A DNA stretch of 41,918 nt, taken from the sequence record KX231828.1; one strand, 5' to 3'. This DNA is from Enterobacter phage Arya. How positions within the stretch are numbered: position 1 is the stretch's first letter; each line of letters begins with the position of its first letter. Positions 25,945 through 34,264 of the stretch are shown one piece after another. Position numbers and translations under genes: made by a program. The notes beneath the pieces are model-generated. The model searched no databases. It saw nothing but the letters and a program-made list of their open reading frames with translations, and was not told where the DNA came from.

Positions 25945-26628
25945 TCATTCTTCGGGGCTTTCGTCATCGCCTTGCGCTTTCATCGGCCCATGTTCCGGGC
26001 AGTGCGGCGCGCCAACATCCAGCCACTTTTGCGTAACGCGCACCGTGTAGCCGCATTCCTCGCATTCGCATTTTTTCAGCCTGGTTGACTGTTTCGGTTT
26101 TGCCGTGGACGCACCGCCGACCGGTGCCACTTCAATTTCTTCGCCTTCATCGTCATCGCCTGATTCATCCATGCCAATGCGCAGGCGCGGCACCTTAATG
26201 GACATCCCACGATCAAACGTCAGTTTGGCGTGAGGCATCGGCCCCAATTCATCCGGGAACGGTTTCACGTACTCTTTGAACGCTTCACCAGGCGTGGTGG
26301 CGGTCATCGGTCCATTCAGGCCAACAGCCTTGCAGACCTTCGCAAACGCACCCTTGTGGCCGCAGTCAAAGCCAACAGCGGCGTGTGTCAGTTCGTGCCA
26401 CAGGTGGTTTGCAACCATGAACGGTTCAACCTGGTCAGGCATGATGAATATTTCAAACGTGTTGTCACTGGAACACTTGCTATGCCAGCAATGTGCTGCC
26501 GTACTGGAACGCGCACCGCTGCTGCAAAAGCCAACTGACACGCGGAATTTAGGCAGTTCATAACCGAATTCTTTGAAACGTGGCGCGAACTTCGCAGCCA
26601 GAGCATTCAACCAACCTTCACGATCCAT
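25945..26628 (-). CDS. SprT-like zinc metalloprotease domain protein with C-terminal zinc ribbon
   Basis: It carries HELTH (HExxH) in WHELTHAAVGFDCGHKG and C-terminal CECEECGYTVRVTQ...HCPEHG. The leader TTACCTCGCAATT is shared with the recE-like gene. Confidence 0.65.
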   Translation of the reverse strand: MDREGWLNALAAKFAPRFKEFGYELPKFRVSVGFCSSGARSSTAAHCWHSKCSSDNTFEIFIMPDQVEPFMVANHLWHELTHAAVGFDCGHKGAFAKVCKAVGLNGPMTATTPGEAFKEYVKPFPDELGPMPHAKLTFDRGMSIKVPRLRIGMDESGDDDEGEEIEVAPVGGASTAKPKQSTRLKKCECEECGYTVRVTQKWLDVGAPHCPEHGPMKAQGDDESPEE

Positions 26629-26727
26629 TCTTTATTACCTCGCAATTCGTTTAAACGTAGTAAGATTTTATGCCAACAAAGAAAAACCCGCCACAGCGGC
26701 GGGTTTATTACTTAGAATGATTTGGAA

Positions 26728-27228
26728 TTAAAACGGGATATCGTCATCAAAATCCATCGGCGGTTCGTTGCCTGCACCCTGCGCCGGTGGTCTTTGCTGC
26801 TGTGGTCGAGACTGCGCGCCACCACTGAACTGCTGTTGCTGGCCACCACCTGACTGCTGGCCACCGGCCTGACGGTTATCGTTGGCGGATGACAGCATAA
26901 GCATACGGCCATTCATGCCCACGTTGATTTCAGTGGTGTAGCGCTCAACGCCTTGCTGATCAGTCCATTTACGGGTTCGCAGACCGCCTTCAATGAACAC
27001 CTTGCTGCCTTTGCGCAGGTATTCACCAGCGATTTCCGCCAGCTTGCCGAAGATGACAACGCGGTGCCATTCCGTCTGCTCTTTTGGTTCGCCTGTGGCC
27101 TTATCTTTCCACTTTTCGGTTGTGGCAATGCTGAGATTGGCAACTGCGCCACCTGACGGCATGTAGCGCACTTCTGGATCGTTGCCTAAATTACCGATTA
27201 ACTGCACCTGGTTTAATGAACCGGACAT
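26728..27228 (-). CDS. ssb: single-stranded DNA-binding protein (SSB)
   Basis: The OB-fold motifs [31 protein letters not shown] and [34 protein letters not shown] are present. There is a Gly/Gln-rich tail and an acidic C-terminus DFDDDIPF. Confidence 0.95.
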   Translation of the reverse strand: MSGSLNQVQLIGNLGNDPEVRYMPSGGAVANLSIATTEKWKDKATGEPKEQTEWHRVVIFGKLAEIAGEYLRKGSKVFIEGGLRTRKWTDQQGVERYTTEINVGMNGRMLMLSSANDNRQAGGQQSGGGQQQQFSGGAQSRPQQQRPPAQGAGNEPPMDFDDDIPF

Positions 27229-27235
27229 AATTACC

Positions 27236-27446
27236 CCTATTTACGTTTTAAGTGTGCGGCGTGCTCACTGGCACAAACCGCATCGCAATAAATTTTCTTG
27301 CTGCCCGAGTCGAAATCTTCACCACAGTTCAGGCAGTAACCCTGCGGCACAGCATGACCAGCCTATGCCTTCTGGAAGTGCGCAGCAATTGCCGCCGCGC
27401 GTTCCCGTTCTTCGCGCTCGCTTGCGCGGTCCATATCGTCAGCCAT
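27236..27446 (-). pseudogene. TraR/DksA-family-like C4 zinc-finger gene interrupted by an in-frame TAG (27363-27365)
   Basis: The N-terminal part MADDMDRASEREERERAAAIAAHFQKA is a typical TraR-like N-terminus. It is followed by TAG and then, in the same frame, [41 protein letters not shown] (CxxC...CxxxC). The downstream part has only a GTG as a possible independent start. Confidence 0.5.
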
Positions 27447-27858
27447 CGTGCACCCCAAAGCGGCCAGGTGCAGCCGTGCATTTATCGTGGTGGTGGCCAT
27501 CAACGTGCTGGCACACCGGGCAGCAATCGCGCGGCTGTTCGTTGTCGTTGCCAGCTACTGGCTGGCCGTGACGTTCCAGCCAGATTACCGCGCCAGCCAG
27601 GTAGACAATCGCGCCCAACAGTTCACGCACTGCGGCGTCAACCTGGCCACGGTTGGCCATGCCCTGCGCTTCTTCGGATTTCTTATCCGCCTGGCCTAAA
27701 ATGAAGCCAACGCCACGGCGGTCAGCGATCAGTTGCATAGGCTGCTGGTGGAAAGGCTTGTTGTCAGCGTGACGTTCAGCGCCTTTGCCAACTGCTGCCT
27801 GGTCAAACGCGCGTTCCAGGACATTGGCCAGACGGCCATAACCATCAACGTTCATCAT
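27439..27858 (-). CDS. hypothetical protein with C-terminal Cys/His cluster (CCPVCQHVDGHHHDKC)
   Basis: About 140 aa. The start ATGATGAACGTTGA overlaps the stop of the Xis-like gene, and the stop overlaps the TraR-like start (ATGGCTGA). Confidence 0.5.
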   Translation of the reverse strand: MMNVDGYGRLANVLERAFDQAAVGKGAERHADNKPFHQQPMQLIADRRGVGFILGQADKKSEEAQGMANRGQVDAAVRELLGAIVYLAGAVIWLERHGQPVAGNDNEQPRDCCPVCQHVDGHHHDKCTAAPGRFGVHDG

Positions 27859-28066
27859 TGTCGTTTGCCCCAATCATGTTCTTTGCTTCATACGCTTCCA
27901 CACTTTCCAGCTTGTAGCGCACGCGCGAACCGAATTTAGTGTAAGCCGGACCCTTACCCTGATTACGCCAGTTCGCCAGGGTGCCGGTGGTAACAGCGCC
28001 GTTCCAGCGCTGAACCAGTTCCTGTGGCGTCAGATATGCAGATTGTTTCTGTGCCGGTAGTGCCAT
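27845..28066 (-). CDS. excisionase/AlpA-like (MerR-type HTH) small DNA-binding protein
   Basis: A 73-aa ORF: LTPQELVQRWNGAVTTGTLANWRNQGKGPAYTKFGSRVRYKLESVEAY is the AlpA/Xis-family HTH signature. Confidence 0.6.
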   Translation of the reverse strand: MALPAQKQSAYLTPQELVQRWNGAVTTGTLANWRNQGKGPAYTKFGSRVRYKLESVEAYEAKNMIGANDNDER

Positions 28067-28079
28067 TTTTTACCCTTTC

Positions 28080-29072
28080 TTACTGTTGGCCCATAACCTG
28101 TGCGTTCAGGTCATCGACGGTTTGCGCATCTTCACTGGTATCAACCGCTTGCTTGTCGTAAGCGCGTGCAGATTCCAACAATGATTGTTTGAACTCTTCC
28201 CCTAATGCCTTTTGATATTTGGCCGGGGTTTTGCCCCAACATTCCAGGGTGTAAGCTTCGCCGCGTTCAGTGACGTTGCGCAGGCGGTTGCGCCATTCTT
28301 CAACCTTCGGATCTAACTGTTTGGCACCATCAACCCAATCGCGGATTTGCTTTCCGTGCTGTGATGTCAGGTAGCCTTCCTGCCATTCGCCTGCGGTGCC
28401 GAAAATTTCTTCCAGACCGTCACCGGATTTTAGCACCTGGCGCTGTTTGCCGCCGTCATACATCATCACGCTGGCGGTCATTTCAAACATGAAATTCTTT
28501 TCGCAGATCGGCTGGATGCCCTGCGGAATGTAAACGGTCTTGCCGCCGTCCTTTTCCAGAATCACTTTTTCACGCGCGCGGGTGCAGCAGATGACGTGCA
28601 TGTTGGATTGCAGCATTGTGTTCATGAACTTTTTGTGTGCTGCCTTTGCGAAGTTATCGCGCTTGCCCTTCTGGCCCGGCAGCGGTTCACGCATTTCCAG
28701 AACACCGCCAATGCCTTCATATTCGTGGCTGGTGGAGTCAATCACCAGTACTTCAACGCCAAAGTCAGCGAACTGGCGGATTGCTTCGGCGTAGCGTTCC
28801 GGGCTGAACGGCGGTTCCAGATCACCGATGAAGAATTCCTGCACTTCGCCTTTTTCGTTTTTCAGACAATCGGCATACAGCGAACCACGGCGGTTTTCAG
28901 TATCGAGGAAACCGATTTTTGACGCGGAGAAATTTGACATGCCGTAGGCCAGTTCCAGCGCGGTGCGTGTCTTACCGCTGCCGCTGATACCTGCCAGACC
29001 AATCACCAGGCGTGCGCCTTCGCGCTTCGCTTTACGGATGTTAATCACTGCCATTATTAATTCCTCAAACAA
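28080..29072 (-). CDS. RecA-like P-loop ATPase (Sak4/AAA_24-like recombination protein) with C-terminal extension
   Basis: Walker A GLAGISGSGKT and Walker B VLVIDST are present. It sits between the SSB and RecE-like nuclease genes. An alternative ATG start is at 29054. Confidence 0.55.
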   Translation of the reverse strand: MFEELIMAVINIRKAKREGARLVIGLAGISGSGKTRTALELAYGMSNFSASKIGFLDTENRRGSLYADCLKNEKGEVQEFFIGDLEPPFSPERYAEAIRQFADFGVEVLVIDSTSHEYEGIGGVLEMREPLPGQKGKRDNFAKAAHKKFMNTMLQSNMHVICCTRAREKVILEKDGGKTVYIPQGIQPICEKNFMFEMTASVMMYDGGKQRQVLKSGDGLEEIFGTAGEWQEGYLTSQHGKQIRDWVDGAKQLDPKVEEWRNRLRNVTERGEAYTLECWGKTPAKYQKALGEEFKQSLLESARAYDKQAVDTSEDAQTVDDLNAQVMGQQ

Positions 29073-29115
29073 TTATTATTTATGGCCAGCACAACGCTGG
29101 CCGTCAGTAAATCAA

Positions 29116-30492
29116 TTACCAGTTTGGCCGTGGGCCATTGCTGCCGAAACTGGCACGAATTCCATCTTCATATGAAGATGATTCCAGCAGGTGCGCGTTT
29201 TTGTTCGCGTGCCAGGCTGGCATGTTGATGGTCTGGATCTTATCGCCGTAGCCTGGCCAGTTGTCGTTTGCCAGGCATTCAGCGTAAACCTTCAAATCAT
29301 GCTGATATGTAGCGCGGCCAATTTCACGGCTGGCAGAATCCAGGACGTACACACCAACCGCGTAAGGCGGTTTCTTTTCAACGGCGATGAATACGAACGC
29401 CTTCACGTTGCGGCCAGTGGCAATCTTCACGCCGTCTGTGTAGAACGGATCTTGCACGTCATAGCGCCAGTTGGCCATTGACTTGGCGAACCCTTCCGGG
29501 CTGGCGTCATCGGTGGTTTTCAGGTCAACCAGCACGTCATCTTCACGCCACCAGTCTGGACGGCAGCGGCACAGCACACCGGTGGTAGGATCGTTCCAGT
29601 ATACGGATTTTTCCGCTTCACCAGGTACGCTGGTAAGCAGTGCACCGGCAGCCGGGTGCGCATGAACTGCTGCGGCCATCGCGTGCAACTGTTCCCACAC
29701 TTCCGGTGACAGCACGATGCGGCCAGGGTTGTTTTCGGTCCATTCCGCCAGCACGTCAGACCACAGGCGCACAGGCTTACCGTTGGCGCTCAACCAGGCG
29801 GCCATATCGTGACGGCTGGCAGTGCTGGTGGACAGCACATAAGGGCGGCCATGTTCCTGCTGGTAAGCGTCAGTGATTTCAGACCACAGAACGACATCAA
29901 CGCCATTGGCGCGCAGCAGGTTTGCCAGGTCAGCGCGGCTGCCGCTGGTGGACAATAGGCCAGGGCGATCAACGTTCAACTGGTTGATGATGTCCTTAAG
30001 TGCTGGCGCTTTCAGTTCGTTAAGCTGTTCAGCAGACCAGGTTTCAACTGGCTGATTATCCAGGATGCGTTCAACCAGTTCGCCTTTATTGCCACCGGTC
30101 AGCAGTTTCGGCAGGCGGTCAGCGTTCAGTTCGTTAATTTTGGCCACCAGCACATCAGCATCACGCACGGCGTCAGGGTGTGCAGCTACGCGTTCAGCGT
30201 TGATTTCTTCAACCATCTGCACCAGCACTTCGCGATCTTCAATGGCGTCAGGAACGTCAGAGCGGCGCAGAGCAAGGCAATACGTATCAGTGAACACATC
30301 CGGTTCTAAAATCAGCGCGTGGGCAGCAGTCCCCAATTCCTGCGCTGCTGTTGGAACGCGGTCATTTTCCGCAGTGACTACAGCATGAAAGTGCATCGGG
30401 CTGCGGTGAATCAAATCCAGACCAGATTTACTAATGCCAGGGCCGCTATGGTATTCAGCGTTTGGAATACCTTCATAAACACCAGGTTTCAT
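29116..30492 (-). CDS. PD-(D/E)XK-family exonuclease (RecE / exodeoxyribonuclease VIII-like), with three SAP/HeH-like inserts
   Basis: The N-terminus MKPGVYEGIPNAEYHSGPGISKSGLDLIHRSPMHFHAVVTAENDRVPTAAQELGTAAHALILEP is the characteristic start of phage RecE-like/Cas4-like nucleases. The central region has repeated motifs LNELKAPALKDIINQLNVDRP, KINELNADRLPKLL and RADLANLLRANGVDV. Confidence 0.65.
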   Translation of the reverse strand: MKPGVYEGIPNAEYHSGPGISKSGLDLIHRSPMHFHAVVTAENDRVPTAAQELGTAAHALILEPDVFTDTYCLALRRSDVPDAIEDREVLVQMVEEINAERVAAHPDAVRDADVLVAKINELNADRLPKLLTGGNKGELVERILDNQPVETWSAEQLNELKAPALKDIINQLNVDRPGLLSTSGSRADLANLLRANGVDVVLWSEITDAYQQEHGRPYVLSTSTASRHDMAAWLSANGKPVRLWSDVLAEWTENNPGRIVLSPEVWEQLHAMAAAVHAHPAAGALLTSVPGEAEKSVYWNDPTTGVLCRCRPDWWREDDVLVDLKTTDDASPEGFAKSMANWRYDVQDPFYTDGVKIATGRNVKAFVFIAVEKKPPYAVGVYVLDSASREIGRATYQHDLKVYAECLANDNWPGYGDKIQTINMPAWHANKNAHLLESSSYEDGIRASFGSNGPRPNW

Positions 30493-30573
30493 TTGTTACC
30501 TCGCAATTGATTGATGATATAACGTGATGTAGCGTGAAAACGAAGCAAGTATAAATAAGTAATATTATTGCTG

Positions 30574-31116
30574 TCAAATCTTTCTGTGGTGGCCTATTAC
30601 TTTGCCGATTACTTCCAGGCGTTCATCTGCCCAAGTAAAATCGACCTTATAAAGCGGATTATCGCAAGTAAGCCTAATCCCGCCTTCCAGATTGCGATGA
30701 CCGCGAACCAGGCGAGCTTCACCGTTCAAAATGATGGCGTAAACGCCAGCGTTGTCGATCCATGTAATCGACTTATCAATAAAGCAGTGGTCACCCTGCG
30801 CGAACGTGGGGGCCATCATATCGGTGGCGACAACTACCAGGCTGATGCGTTCCGCTGGAATGTCATAGAACTGCGCCAGGCCAGCCAGCGCGGATTCATT
30901 CAGGTCAGCACTGTTCGTTAGTGGCAGCGACCGCGCCAGCAGTTCTTCTTTGCTGCACCCAATAGCGGCGGCCAGCTTATCGAGAATTACCAGCGTCACC
31001 CGTTGTGGTTCGCGCTCCCACCGGCTGACCGTCACGGCGGTGGTTTTTAGTTTTTCAGCCACGTCCTGCAACGTAAGCCCGGCTGCCTGGCGGCGCTCTC
31101 TGATGCGGTTTGGCAT
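30574..31116 (-). CDS. CI-like repressor: N-terminal XRE-type HTH + C-terminal LexA/S24-like domain apparently lacking the catalytic Ser
   Basis: The HTH region is LTLQDVAEKLKTTAVTVSRWER. The C-terminal domain aligns with lambda cI/LexA S24, with the Lys motif EVIGKVIG present, but the G-D-S-M nucleophile motif reads T-D-M-M (VVVATDMMAPTFAQGDHCFID against VxGDSMxPxhxxGDxhhVD). Confidence 0.8.
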   Translation of the reverse strand: MPNRIRERRQAAGLTLQDVAEKLKTTAVTVSRWEREPQRVTLVILDKLAAAIGCSKEELLARSLPLTNSADLNESALAGLAQFYDIPAERISLVVVATDMMAPTFAQGDHCFIDKSITWIDNAGVYAIILNGEARLVRGHRNLEGGIRLTCDNPLYKVDFTWADERLEVIGKVIGHHRKI

Positions 31117-31285
31117 ATCGCTGTTTCCTTAACGTTCACGGTGAATGGACGGTTACCGGTACGGTTGATCCGAGTCAAGCCAGAGTCTATTTTCTTCACC
31201 GCTGTGGAAAACCATAGTTGGTTTCATGTACAATGACGTAAATCAATTAACCGTTACAGACAATGAATAACCGTGAAGGGCAATT
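31117..31285. promoter_or_regulatory. divergent early promoter/operator region between the repressor and the helicase operon
   Basis: A 169-bp gap with repeated half-site-like motifs: TTCACGG (31135) and its complement CCGTGAA (31271), plus ACGGTT/AACCGT four times (31150, 31162, 31252, 31271). A related ACGTGA/GCGTGAA pair lies downstream of cI at 30522-30538. Confidence 0.4.
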
Positions 31286-32701
31286 ATGGGCGTTGTGCTG
31301 CGTGACTACCAACAGGACATTATCGACAGGGGCCGCCAGGCTATGCGGCGGCATAAGCGAATACTTTTCCAGGCACCTACCGGCGCAGGCAAAACGGCCC
31401 TGGCGTCATTCATGGCCGCGCAAACTTCTGACAAAGGGCAGCAGGTCTGGTTCATCTGCCACCGGGCTGAACTGGTCCTGCAAACCAGCCTGACATTCAG
31501 AAAGTTTGGCATCGACCACGGATTTATTGCCGCAGGTTATCCCATGAACCTGCGCGCCGGTGTTCAGGTGTGCAGCATCGACACGCTGAAAAACCGACTG
31601 CACCAGCTACCGCCACCAAAGCTGGCCATCATGGACGAAGCGCACCACTGTGGCGCGGCTGGTTGGGCCAGGGTGAACCAGTGGCTGTTTGAAAACGGCG
31701 CGTTCGTCATCGGGCTGTCAGCCACGCCAAAGCGCCTGGACGGCACCGGCCTGGACGCACACTTTGACGATATCGTTTTAGGGCCATCCGTTCGCTGGCT
31801 GATGGATAACGGCCACCTGTCTGACTATCGCATGTTCTGCCCGGACATCCCTGACATGAAGGGTGTACGCAAACAGATGGGCGATTTTTCCAAAGGCGAA
31901 ACCGCCGAAAAGATGGACAAGCCGAAGTTAACCGGGAACATCATCAACCACTGGCGCAAGTACGCCAACGGGATGAAAACGGTTGGGTTCGCCGTGAACA
32001 TTGCCCACAGCCAGCACCTGACGCGCGCGTTTCAGGAGGCAGGGATAAGGGCCGCGCACCTGGACGGCGGCACCGATAAGGCGGAACGCAAGCGCATCAT
32101 TCAGGAATATGCCAATGACAACCTGGATGTCATTTTCAACGTTTCGCTGTTCGGTGAAGGTTTCGACCTGTCAGCCATCGCACAGACTGACGTGACGATT
32201 GACTGCCTGATTGACGCGCAGCCAACACAATCATTGTCACTGGTGCTGCAAAAGGATGGCCGCGTGTTGCGACCGTCCAAAGGCAAAACCGCTGTCATCC
32301 TGGACCATGCTGGCAACGCACTGCGTCACGGTTTCCCTGATGACGAACGGGAATGGAGCCTGGCCGGTGACGAAAGCGGCAGCAAATCATCCACCAGCGA
32401 TGGACCACCACCGCCAGTGATCTGCAAAGGCTGCTTTAACGCCATCCGCAGACCACTGCCGCCGAAATGCCCGCACTGCCAAAAGGAACTAATTGCCGAA
32501 GCCAAAGAAATTGAAGTGGCCGAAGGTGAGCTGAAAGAGATGGACGAACGCGCCAAAGAAAGCCTGCGCGCGAAGATGAAGCGAGAAGAAGCGGCCTGTA
32601 AGGACATCGGCGCACTGACTGCCCTGGCGATGAAACGCGGCCTGCCGAACCCGTCAGGTTGGGCCATTGCGAAGATGGGCGGCAGAAGGTTTAACCGATG
32701 A
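31286..32701 (+). CDS. superfamily-2 DEAH-box DNA helicase with C-terminal zinc ribbon
   Basis: DYQQDIIDRG, Walker A APTGAGKT, motif II MDEAHH, and further helicase motifs are present, with C-terminal CKGCFNAIRRPLPPKCPHC. Confidence 0.8.
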   Translation: MGVVLRDYQQDIIDRGRQAMRRHKRILFQAPTGAGKTALASFMAAQTSDKGQQVWFICHRAELVLQTSLTFRKFGIDHGFIAAGYPMNLRAGVQVCSIDTLKNRLHQLPPPKLAIMDEAHHCGAAGWARVNQWLFENGAFVIGLSATPKRLDGTGLDAHFDDIVLGPSVRWLMDNGHLSDYRMFCPDIPDMKGVRKQMGDFSKGETAEKMDKPKLTGNIINHWRKYANGMKTVGFAVNIAHSQHLTRAFQEAGIRAAHLDGGTDKAERKRIIQEYANDNLDVIFNVSLFGEGFDLSAIAQTDVTIDCLIDAQPTQSLSLVLQKDGRVLRPSKGKTAVILDHAGNALRHGFPDDEREWSLAGDESGSKSSTSDGPPPPVICKGCFNAIRRPLPPKCPHCQKELIAEAKEIEVAEGELKEMDERAKESLRAKMKREEAACKDIGALTALAMKRGLPNPSGWAIAKMGGRRFNR

Positions 32702-32809
32702 ATACCTGTGAATTGATAGTTATAAACAACTGGAAGGTTTAAGTATTTAAACGTAATATCTAATCACCGGCACAGATGGTGCCCAATAACAAAACGAGGT
32801 AATGCCCAA

Positions 32810-33100
32810 ATGACTACTGTAAATATTCGCAATGGTTTTGGTTTTCAAGAACTGCCAGCCGCTTTTGAAGGCACGATTCATGACGCAGATGGCTGCAAGT
32901 TTTTCATTGCAACAACCAATGATTTCAAGCTGACGGTTGACAGCGAACAAGAACACGGCGTGATCATCGCATTTGGACCTGACAGCATGAAAAATGACGG
33001 TGAACATTGCAGTGACGGCCTGGTGTTTTCGTCTAACGATGACAAGAAAATCATTGCTGCGCAGTTGCGAGAACTGGCTGATTGGTTCGAGCAGCAGTAA
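32810..33100 (+). CDS. hypothetical protein (moron 2, conserved hairpin+leader upstream)
   Basis: A 96-aa ORF preceded by the hairpin GGCAC-agatg-GTGCC and the leader CCAATAACAAAACGAGGTAATGCCCAAATG. Confidence 0.55.
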   Translation: MTTVNIRNGFGFQELPAAFEGTIHDADGCKFFIATTNDFKLTVDSEQEHGVIIAFGPDSMKNDGEHCSDGLVFSSNDDKKIIAAQLRELADWFEQQ

Positions 33101-33143
33101 AAACCCCCTGCCCGGTTCGCCGGGCATTATCACAGGTGAACCG

Positions 33144-33296
33144 ATGAAAACGTTTATTGAAGTTATCACGCTGGTTAAGACCGGATTTAACGCGGTCTGG
33201 CAACTGGCAATGGGCCTGCTGTGCCTCGGTATCGCGTTTGCGCTGGCTGGCTTCGCATACGCCATCATTAAAGCCGCTTTCTTTACGGGGGCATGA
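33144..33296 (+). CDS. small membrane protein (50 aa, one TM helix)
   Basis: MKTFIEVITLVKTGFNAVWQLAMGLLCLGIAFALAGFAYAIIKAAFFTGA, with an AGGTGA RBS 6 nt upstream. Confidence 0.45.
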   Translation: MKTFIEVITLVKTGFNAVWQLAMGLLCLGIAFALAGFAYAIIKAAFFTGA

Positions 33297-33405
33297 TGAA
33301 ACCATTAATGCGCGGCATCCTTGCGATGCTGGAAGATGAACTGTTCTGGCTGCTGATTTGCCTGGCCGCCTGTGCATGGCTTGTGGGGCTTATCTATGGC
33401 TAACA
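33295..33405 (+). CDS. small membrane peptide (about 36 aa)
   Basis: MMKPLMRGILAMLEDELFWLLICLAACAWLVGLIYG, with ATGATGA overlap upstream and ATGGCTAA overlap with the downstream VRR-NUC gene. Confidence 0.35.
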
Positions 33406-33806
33406 AAGAACACGCGTTGCAGAACACCATCCGCAACGCACTGGCGGGGCGCGCGCTGATATTCCGCGCCAACGTGGGCAAGGCATACGCCAGCAATGAC
33501 GTGGTGAAGGTGCCACGCCAGATGCCCGTTGTGATGGGGCCGCGTGACGTGCTGCTGAAAAATGCGCGTCCATTCGAAACCGGGTTACCACCTGGATTCG
33601 CTGACCTGTTCGGGCTGGTGGCCGTCGAGATCACCCCGGACATGGTTGGCAAAAAACTGGCCGTGTTTACGGCGCTGGAAGTCAAAGACGGTGCGCGCGT
33701 TTCTCCGTTGCAGCGGAACTTCATCAACGCGGTGAATGATAATGGGGGCCGCGCCGGTGTTGTGCGGTCAGTGGACGATGCTGAACACCTGGTGTTTGGC
33801 AAGTGA
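33396..33806 (+). CDS. VRR-NUC domain nuclease (PD-(D/E)XK fold)
   Basis: GLPPGFADLFGLV...VFTALEVKDG carries the D...E.K catalytic signature of VRR-NUC. The ATG is at 33396; the track ORF starts upstream at 33372. Confidence 0.65.
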   Translation: MANKEHALQNTIRNALAGRALIFRANVGKAYASNDVVKVPRQMPVVMGPRDVLLKNARPFETGLPPGFADLFGLVAVEITPDMVGKKLAVFTALEVKDGARVSPLQRNFINAVNDNGGRAGVVRSVDDAEHLVFGK

Positions 33807-33869
33807 ACGTCAAAGAGGTGCTGCGGTACAGCTACGAAACCGCGCGCTGTATGTTTGAGGACTGCAACA

Positions 33870-34034
33870 ATGATGACACTTCAAAGCATTCGCATGTTAT
33901 GGGCCGAAGCGCTGATGACCAGGAACCACATCACGTTCCTGGCAGCGAAAGTGGCAATGGCCAATTACCACCGTTACGGCATGTTGACGCCGGGTGACGT
34001 TGAAAACCTGAAAAAATCCTGGGGGATTGAATGA
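33870..34034 (+). CDS. small hypothetical protein (54 aa)
   Basis: MMTLQSIRMLWAEALMTRNHITFLAAKVAMANYHRYGMLTPGDVENLKKSWGIE. Its stop overlaps the next ATG (ATGA). The competing track ORF 33803..33997 is in another frame. Confidence 0.3.
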   Translation: MMTLQSIRMLWAEALMTRNHITFLAAKVAMANYHRYGMLTPGDVENLKKSWGIE

Positions 34035-34264
34035 AAATCACAGAAGCGTTTAAACGCATACAGGCCGGTTTTTCAAAGGGGATAGCCGCAGCAGTAGAGG
34101 CGTTCCGGTTGCACGCCGTGCGCATGGGCTGGCGTCATCCAGTGCGGTCAATGCAAGTGGCGCTGGACTACCCGAAACCAGGGCCGCGCCGTTCCCGCTT
34201 CACCGGCATTGCAGCCATGCGCCGTGAAGCACGTCACCAGCGTAACAGGAAGCGTGCAGCATGA
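34031..34264 (+). CDS. small basic hypothetical protein
   Basis: A 77-aa ORF coupled at both ends. Confidence 0.4.
   Translation: MKITEAFKRIQAGFSKGIAAAVEAFRLHAVRMGWRHPVRSMQVALDYPKPGPRRSRFTGIAAMRREARHQRNRKRAA

Noticed and set aside
27182-27704. Plus-strand ORFs 27182..27571 and 27252..27704
   Set aside because: They are antisense to the well-supported minus-strand early operon (TraR-like gene and the Cys/His-cluster protein), with Pro/Arg-rich low-complexity translation.
31263-31493. Cro-like small ORF 31263..31493 at the start of the rightward operon
   Set aside because: It is out of frame and completely overlaps the helicase N-terminus, including the Walker A region, and has no HTH pattern. 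It is likely spurious.
32814-32832. LexA-box-like half site TACTGTAAATATTCGCAAT at the start of moron 2
   Set aside because: Only one CTGT half is present. The second half lacks ACAG, and it lies inside coding sequence.
33803-33997. Track ORF 33803..33997 (GTG start overlapping VRR-NUC stop)
   Set aside because: The alternative frame 33870..34034 has an ATG start and maintains the ATGA coupling chain to the next gene. Only one can be real, and neither has strong support, so the second is listed with low confidence.
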